From IMG/VR virus record IMGVR_UViG_3300044846_005229, positions 215,340 to 279,339 of that record: DNA of 64,000 bases, one strand, 5' to 3'. Of the stretch, positions 58,101-64,000 are shown one piece after another. The notes beneath the pieces are model-generated. The model ran no database searches. It saw nothing but the letters and a program-made list of their open reading frames with translations, and was not told the origin of the DNA. Position 1 is the stretch's first letter, and each line of letters begins with the position of its first letter. The position numbers and the translations under genes were made by a program.

Positions 58101-60449
58101 TTAGGAATAACGAACAATAACTGTAAAAATGTGACCAGAAGAGCCAGTGCCGACTGCGTTAAGGTTGAGCCCAAGAGTGTCCCCGGTTGTAAGGGTCAAG
58201 GGAGCGATTAAAGTAGATGTGACATCAGTGAAGTAACCAGCTACGGTACTTACTGCCGCCAGAGAAGCGTCAGCACTTAAGAGGTTTGACCTTGTGCCGC
58301 TGCGACGGGCGTAGAGCATTGCCTGACTTGTACTGCTGCCAGTGGAAACTGGAGAGCATTCCCAGTAAGCTGCTATAACCGTACACGCACGGAGAACTGT
58401 TGTTTCAACGTAGTTTGCCCCTGGGGTTGCAGTTTCACCCCTATTGGAAACAACAAGCTTAATAATGTCTGAGGGGACGAAAGTTCCACTCTGGATGGAT
58501 AGTCCCCCGGATAAAGTTGCTCCAGCAGCAACGCCGCCATTGTTGTAAATAACTTGGCCCGTGGTACCAGCGACTGGGCCTGTTGCCCCGGAAACCCCGA
58601 TGACGCCTGTTGCCCCAGTAGCACCGATTGGGCCTGACACCCCAGTTATACCCTGGGGCCCAGTTGCTCCGGTGGTTCCGATCCCAGTGGCACCGATGAT
58701 ACCAGTTGCCCCTGTCACCCCGATAGGGCCAGTTGCTCCCGTAGATCCCTGGGCACCGTTCACTAGTGCTAGGAATAATGAATGGTTATTACTGAAGTTG
58801 GTTGTCCCTGACCCGGAAGAATTCAGCAGGGATACAGGATATTGCCAGTAACTATTTGGGGTGCTAGGGTTTATGTTGGACGGTGTGCCATTAATCACCC
58901 AAGTTTGGTAATTTGAACTATCGTTTCTATCTTGTATAGTAATTTTTTCAGTCTGAGTTAAACTCGATAAGAAAATATCGATGTCTGTGTTGTCATCCGT
59001 TAAATGACTAATGTTTAATGCGGTTGAGTTGATTTGTGTGGCATTGTTCCAGATTAAGTTGCCCTGGCCGGGATCTCCCGTAGTGGCCGTAGTTTTGGCG
59101 CTGTACAGGAATAGACTAGAAGAATACCCTTGGGGACCAGTGGCCCCTGTGCTACCCGATAAACCAGTTGCTCCCGTGGTTCCAACAGGCCCAGTGGCCC
59201 CCGTGGTTCCAACCCCGGTAGCTCCAGTTGCCCCTGAAACTCCAACAACGCCAGTTGCCCCTGTACTTCCTATTGCCCCTGCTACACCTGTAGCACCAGT
59301 TGCCCCGAAACCTGTTGCCCCGGTTGCTCCTGTTGCCCCGGTCGCACCCGTTGTGCCAACAACGCCAGTTGCCCCGGTTGCCCCGGAAACCCCAATTCCT
59401 GCAGGTCCAGTCGCCCCCGTTGTACCAACAACGCCAGTTGCCCCGGTTGCCCCGAAACCTGATGCTCCCGTTGCCCCGGTCGCCCCATCTGCACCGGTAG
59501 CCCCGGTTGCTCCTGACGCTCCAAAACCTGACGCCCCAGTTGCTCCTATCGCACCGGTAGCTCCGGAAACTCCAATTCCGGTAGGTCCAGTTGCCCCCGT
59601 TGTGCCAACAACGCCAGTTGCTCCTGACGCTCCAGTTGCTCCTGACGCCCCGAAACCTGATGCTCCGGTAGCACCGGTTGCTCCAGAAACCCCGGTAGCT
59701 CCGGTAGCACCTGATGCCCCAAAACCAGTCGCACCATCCGCGCCGGTAGCTCCGGTAGCACCTGATGCCCCGGTTGCCCCAGACGCCCCGAAACCGGAAG
59801 CCCCGGTTGCTCCAGTCGCACCATCCGCACCGGTCGCACCGGTCGCTCCCGACGCTCCAAAACCAGTCGCACCAGTTATACCAATCGGCCCAGTTGCCCC
59901 AGTTGCTCCTGATGCCCCCGACGCTCCGAAACCGGAAGCTCCAGTTGCCCCGGTCTCCCCGGCAGCCCCGGTCTCCCCAATTGGGCCCGAAGCCCCAGTC
60001 GGACCGGCTACTCCAGTAGGTCCAGTATCCCCACGGAAGCTAGACACCCATTGGCCACCTGCCAGACCAACATACCAAACCGAAAGATACGACGACAAGG
60101 TATCAAACCATAGGGCGCCGTTTACAGGGTTCGGTGGGGCGGATGCCGATACGGAAGCACACGGGGTGCATCCACTAGAGGACGAAGTAACTTCCTTCCA
60201 CTGCCCAAGGGTTCCAGGTTCTAGGACCCAAATATATAAAATTTCGCTTACAGTATTAAACCAAAAAGACCCTTGGAGAATTGGTGGCGCAGGTTGAGAA
60301 GCAGAGACGTAGATCGGGACTGTAGTCGGTTCAGGCTCAGATAGGTTAATCCATTGCCTCCCGTTCCAACGATAGTCAGATCCCTGCCATGTGAAAGTTT
60401 CACCTGGTGTGGGATTTGGTGGAAAATTTGTTGGAAAATTATTGGTCAT
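58101..60449 (-). CDS. collagen-like (Gly-X-Y) tail fibre/virion protein
   Basis: long G-A-T/G-A-S triplet arrays with periodic 2-residue breaks (GF, GI, GV); N-terminal [11 protein letters not shown]...YRWNG.QW domain. Confidence 0.88.
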   Translation of the reverse strand: MTNNFPTNFPPNPTPGETFTWQGSDYRWNGRQWINLSEPEPTTVPIYVSASQPAPPILQGSFWFNTVSEILYIWVLEPGTLGQWKEVTSSSSGCTPCASVSASAPPNPVNGALWFDTLSSYLSVWYVGLAGGQWVSSFRGDTGPTGVAGPTGASGPIGETGAAGETGATGASGFGASGASGATGATGPIGITGATGFGASGATGATGADGATGATGASGFGASGATGASGATGATGADGATGFGASGATGATGVSGATGATGASGFGASGATGASGATGVVGTTGATGPTGIGVSGATGAIGATGASGFGASGATGATGADGATGATGASGFGATGATGVVGTTGATGPAGIGVSGATGATGVVGTTGATGATGATGATGFGATGATGVAGAIGSTGATGVVGVSGATGATGVGTTGATGPVGTTGATGLSGSTGATGPQGYSSSLFLYSAKTTATTGDPGQGNLIWNNATQINSTALNISHLTDDNTDIDIFLSSLTQTEKITIQDRNDSSNYQTWVINGTPSNINPSTPNSYWQYPVSLLNSSGSGTTNFSNNHSLFLALVNGAQGSTGATGPIGVTGATGIIGATGIGTTGATGPQGITGVSGPIGATGATGVIGVSGATGPVAGTTGQVIYNNGGVAAGATLSGGLSIQSGTFVPSDIIKLVVSNRGETATPGANYVETTVLRACTVIAAYWECSPVSTGSSTSQAMLYARRSGTRSNLLSADASLAAVSTVAGYFTDVTSTLIAPLTLTTGDTLGLNLNAVGTGSSGHIFTVIVRYS

Positions 60450-60450
60450 T

Positions 60451-60681
60451 TTAGACTTCAGGGGGTAGTGACCGTGGGTTCAAAGTACCGCCACTCGGTT
60501 GTATTTTCTGTATTAAAACACCAAGGTCATGATACACGTCAAAGATATCGACCATTTTGTAAGCTCGGACAACATCAACAATACCATCTTTTCGAATAAC
60601 CGTGTGACAATCCGAAGTTAATTGCCCAGGGATAATGTCATAGAGCTTAACATCTTCAGCAACGACTTTCACCTTTGACAT
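60451..60681 (-). CDS. hypothetical protein
   Basis: start MSKVK lies 27 nt below GGGTAAAA motif. Confidence 0.65.
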   Translation of the reverse strand: MSKVKVVAEDVKLYDIIPGQLTSDCHTVIRKDGIVDVVRAYKMVDIFDVYHDLGVLIQKIQPSGGTLNPRSLPPEV

Positions 60682-60707
60682 TTGATTTGGGGTTAAACCT
60701 TTGGATA

Positions 60708-60838
60708 CTTTTACCCTACTCTTTCCACAACTCACAAAAGAAGCAGCGTCAGCAATGGTACAACCATCGTCAAAAACGCAATTAGAAAGCCCCCCACCTC
60801 ATTGGCAAGGGGCCACAGACTATCAGGTTCCATGTTTG
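60708..60838. repeat. 131-bp exact repeat, copy 1, containing 33 aa hydrophobic ORF (60732-60833, minus)
   Basis: identical to 61766-61896. Confidence 0.95.
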
Positions 60839-60884
60839 ATTGCTCGTTTATCTTTTCGTCTTGGTTTCACAATTTCTTGAAAAT

Positions 60885-61634
60885 TTAATTTTTTGTACCT
60901 AGCATCCAAACTTTTAAACCGGTTCCAGCATTTGTACTTCCGATCTGATTTATAAATATAGTGATTTCAGCGTCTACTGAGAGGCTAGTGGTGGACAATA
61001 CTGCACTGTTTCCGCCTACTTCACTACCGGCCGCAATTACCGGAAGAACGGAGAAAATCGACACTCCTTGGGATTTAATGTCTACAATTAAGCTTGATCC
61101 AGTCGGTGCTGTATTGGTGCTTATTTTAACCCCGCTAAGGGTCATCGAGTAAGGGATACGAAAGGTGAATCTTAAGCCCGTTGTTAAGTTAGATGTTTCG
61201 TCTGAGCAACAAAAGCCAATGTCCGCACCAGTATTTCCAGCAGGACCGATAACGCCAGTGGGTCCCGTCGCACCCGCCGCCCCTGTCGCACCAGTTAGTC
61301 CTATGGGGCCTGTTGCCCCGGAAATCCCAACTCCCGTCGCACCGGTATTACCCCCAGGGCCCGTTGGACCCGTGCTACCACTGGGGCCTGTTGGACCTGT
61401 TGGACCCGAAACAGTACCTACAGACTTTTCAACGAAGTCAGTGTTTAAAATTCCGCCTTGAAACCAGTATTCTGTGAGTGAACCCCCAACAAAGACCCCA
61501 ACGGTTAGACCCAGATAGCGCACAATAGGTTCAATAGTTGCTAGCGCTTCAGCCTCGCTATTATACGGACCGTAACGTTCGTCAGTGGCTTTCGGAGCTT
61601 GAACTATTAGGTTGTCATTAAGATCGATTGCCAT
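60885..61634 (-). CDS. short collagen-like virion protein
   Basis: about 20 G-X-T triplets, C-terminal [10 protein letters not shown]...TAPTGS.LIVDI...AGTGLKVW domain. Confidence 0.85.
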   Translation of the reverse strand: MAIDLNDNLIVQAPKATDERYGPYNSEAEALATIEPIVRYLGLTVGVFVGGSLTEYWFQGGILNTDFVEKSVGTVSGPTGPTGPSGSTGPTGPGGNTGATGVGISGATGPIGLTGATGAAGATGPTGVIGPAGNTGADIGFCCSDETSNLTTGLRFTFRIPYSMTLSGVKISTNTAPTGSSLIVDIKSQGVSIFSVLPVIAAGSEVGGNSAVLSTTSLSVDAEITIFINQIGSTNAGTGLKVWMLGTKN

Positions 61635-61765
61635 TGTGACTAGTTAGTTATAAAAAATTGAACTTTTGCTACGTTATTGAATTAAAGAGCCCCAGTACAA
61701 GTAAAGTCTTTGATCTTATCCCCATACACATTGGGGCTGCAATCTTTCCCAAAGAGATTCGCCAT

Positions 61766-61896
61766 CTTTTACCCTACTCTTTCCACAACTCACAAAAGAA
61801 GCAGCGTCAGCAATGGTACAACCATCGTCAAAAACGCAATTAGAAAGCCCCCCACCTCATTGGCAAGGGGCCACAGACTATCAGGTTCCATGTTTG
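61766..61896. repeat. 131-bp exact repeat, copy 2, containing 33 aa hydrophobic ORF (61790-61891, minus)
   Basis: identical to 60708-60838. Confidence 0.95.
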
Positions 61897-62043
61897 TTTG
61901 TTTGTGGTGTCACTTTCATTTGGGTCTTCACTGAGAGAGTTTTTACCCCTCCCCATTTTTTTTTTTGGTACGTCAATCTGTGGCCGATTCTCCTCACTCA
62001 ATGTATACATTGCAATATAGAGTTGAGATGTTGGCGCGTTGAT

Positions 62044-64000
62044 TTATAGCTCCTCATTGTACGGCGTAAACCCGAATTTTCCGTCGTTTTCATAAAAGAA
62101 CATTGCTCCGAATTCCACGTCGTAAGTCTGTGATTTGTCATCAAAGTAGAACTTTAATAGAGCATTGGAAGTGTATGGATCGACAAGGGTTAGATCCAGG
62201 TCTGGTGCTTCAATGGCGAATGTATATTTTCTCCAGAATGGAGGCACGTTGAACTTAGTGTGAAAGCCCCCGTCAACCTTGAAATTGTTGCCGCTTGTTC
62301 CGGCGTAGAACTGGGTGAACAAAGTGACCGAGTTTTTTCTGTTTGATCTGGCCCAAAGGCATAAAAACATCTTTTTGCCTCTGAGCTTGTCTAGTTCTTC
62401 AGGGTAACCCACTCTTGCTGCCCATGCTCTAAACTCGCAAGTTTGGAAAGTATATGACGTTACCCCCGTCTCAGCCGCCTTTTGGAACCTATAGATGTAG
62501 TAGGATGGGTTTATCTGCCCTGCAGTGTAAGACCCCTGGCCAGCTCGTAAATCAATAACAACATCATTTTTTGTTCGTCTGATTATATATATTGGCTTCT
62601 GAATGGAGGCACTGGGGCCCAACTTTATAGAATTGGAGCGGTCGGCAAAGAAAAACTCCGTTTCTGCAGCAGCAGGGGAATATACAAGGGTGTCCGGCGG
62701 CAGGGGCCCTAGATTTACAATACTAAATGCGCGAGTTTGGGGCTTCAATATTGTTAGCAACCCGTACCTGGAAACAGGTTTAGTTATTCTAATCTGCTGC
62801 ATGTACCCTTGGAAGAAGTCGGTTGCCCCCGAAAACCCCCCGCGACCCATGATTGGTCTGTTAAACCCGGAAATTATAAACCTTCCGCTAAACGAAATAG
62901 TTAGGCTTGGTTCGATGATATCGTCAATATATACCCTTGCCATACCCCTGGTTATGGTCATAACGAGTTTGGTGAAGATGTTGATTGGAATTGTGCGCAA
63001 ACTGGTGGCGTCTATGGTTTGACCGCCTGTGCTACGATTCCTGGCCAGCGCTAACTTCCCATTCGCGTCAAGGATGAGTGCAAACGGCGCAGATTCAGAC
63101 GTGGCTCCAAAGTCGATCAAGGTTTGACTTACATTGTTCCTAAGTGGATAAACTAAAAACTCTAAAGTGAGATCATCCGAACCAAAGTAAAACGGAGCAG
63201 TGGGATTGTTATTATCAGCTACTCCCGGGGTTAGCAGCGCGTTCGTTCCATTAAAGAAAAAACTACCCGTACTAAACCTGAAGATGGAGTTGTTGATTGT
63301 GACGTTTGTGTTATTTAAGGTTAAGGCCCTTGTGCTTCTATCGACAAACTCATTTCCTTGAAGTAAAAGTACATTGCTAGGGAAATAAGTATCTATGTTG
63401 TCCTCGGTTCCTTCGGGTGTGAAATTAGCCTTAGAAGGGTTTTTTAGTAAATTTATAACGGGTTGTTCATTCTGTGAGAAGGTCTCAAATTGATTTTTTC
63501 TTTGGACAGTATTCCCACTTAAGAGGGCATCATTGTATTCAAATTCAAACTCACTATTAATTGAATATACAGACTCTCTTGTGCAGCCGTCTAGACCGTT
63601 ACCGGTTATCTTGAATCCCGTGCAACGCTCCAGGACAATAGAAGCGTAAGGCCTGATGTAAAGCCTTCTGCCGTTTGATTCGTACCTCCTAAGGTAAGTT
63701 GAACTTGACCCCCCGTTGTCGCATCCTCGCACCATGTTATTGGTGCCGATAACCCAATCTTTGCAGCTAATAGCTTTAATGTGAGTAGAAATATCCACGG
63801 GACTATCGGGCATATAGTATTTGCCCCTTGGCGGGACGCGCCGCCCACCTCGAAAAAAGAAGCAGCCGCTCACTGTCCAGTAATCGGAGCGATCAGCGCT
63901 TATTGCAGCGTACCCGCAGGTATCCCAGTAGACAGTGCTCCATACATTGTCTGGAGAGAACAAGGCGGTAACACCATGCTCATGAATGTATTCAATTCTT
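62044..64000 (-). CDS. large tail/receptor-binding protein with LamG/concanavalin-like domain (5' end outside window)
   Basis: SNVLLL.G..FVDRS...GSFFFNG...FG.DDLTLEF.VY...FQGYMQQIRITK.VSRY. Confidence 0.8.
   Translation of the reverse strand, partial: RIEYIHEHGVTALFSPDNVWSTVYWDTCGYAAISADRSDYWTVSGCFFFRGGRRVPPRGKYYMPDSPVDISTHIKAISCKDWVIGTNNMVRGCDNGGSSSTYLRRYESNGRRLYIRPYASIVLERCTGFKITGNGLDGCTRESVYSINSEFEFEYNDALLSGNTVQRKNQFETFSQNEQPVINLLKNPSKANFTPEGTEDNIDTYFPSNVLLLQGNEFVDRSTRALTLNNTNVTINNSIFRFSTGSFFFNGTNALLTPGVADNNNPTAPFYFGSDDLTLEFLVYPLRNNVSQTLIDFGATSESAPFALILDANGKLALARNRSTGGQTIDATSLRTIPINIFTKLVMTITRGMARVYIDDIIEPSLTISFSGRFIISGFNRPIMGRGGFSGATDFFQGYMQQIRITKPVSRYGLLTILKPQTRAFSIVNLGPLPPDTLVYSPAAAETEFFFADRSNSIKLGPSASIQKPIYIIRRTKNDVVIDLRAGQGSYTAGQINPSYYIYRFQKAAETGVTSYTFQTCEFRAWAARVGYPEELDKLRGKKMFLCLWARSNRKNSVTLFTQFYAGTSGNNFKVDGGFHTKFNVPPFWRKYTFAIEAPDLDLTLVDPYTSNALLKFYFDDKSQTYDVEFGAMFFYENDGKFGFTPYNEEL

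Noticed and set aside
58560-60030. Repetitive DNA as possible CRISPR or satellite
   Set aside because: 9-nt periodicity from collagen codons; no repeat-spacer structure or cas genes.
59011-60297. 428 aa Pro/Val/Ala-rich plus-strand ORF (and 58561-58851, 61165-61461)
   Set aside because: Antisense shadow of the Gly-X-Y collagen genes.

Overview
This window is a segment of a large lytic phage genome, most likely a cyanophage of picocyanobacteria (Synechococcus/Cyanobium type). The host inference rests on the cyanobacterial-type tmRNA tag, short EF-Ts, NadA and an SLH-porin-like gene. Essentially all real genes are on the minus strand. From left to right the window holds: an HNH nuclease; a NAMPT-like plus PRPP-synthetase-like pair (NARP1-type NAD+ reconstitution); an envelope cluster (SLH/porin-like, pilin-like, RlpA, lysozyme); a Pth2-like gene; a circularly permuted two-piece tmRNA; a UvrD helicase; a nucleotidyltransferase; EF-Ts; a radical SAM pair; a GC-rich mosaic block; a glutathionylspermidine synthase/DUF1190 pair; and many small early genes behind sigma70-like promoters. 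It continues with 17 canonical tRNAs, a Thg1-like enzyme, DNA ligase, NadA, Dps, a glycosyltransferase, and collagen-like/LamG virion proteins. The most unusual signal is in the tRNA array (42.3-45.9 kb). It contains four tRNA-shaped RNAs of about 130-230 nt that keep an acceptor stem and T-arm but carry large structured inserts in place of the anticodon arm. It also contains a three-copy covarying 'CAGCAA' hairpin RNA that displays anticodon-like stem-loops, and a 114-bp module exactly duplicated 15.5 kb away. Together with tmRNA, Pth2, EF-Ts and Thg1, these suggest an undescribed phage RNA-decoy/translation-protection system. All calls were made by eye from motifs and base pairing; no searches were run.
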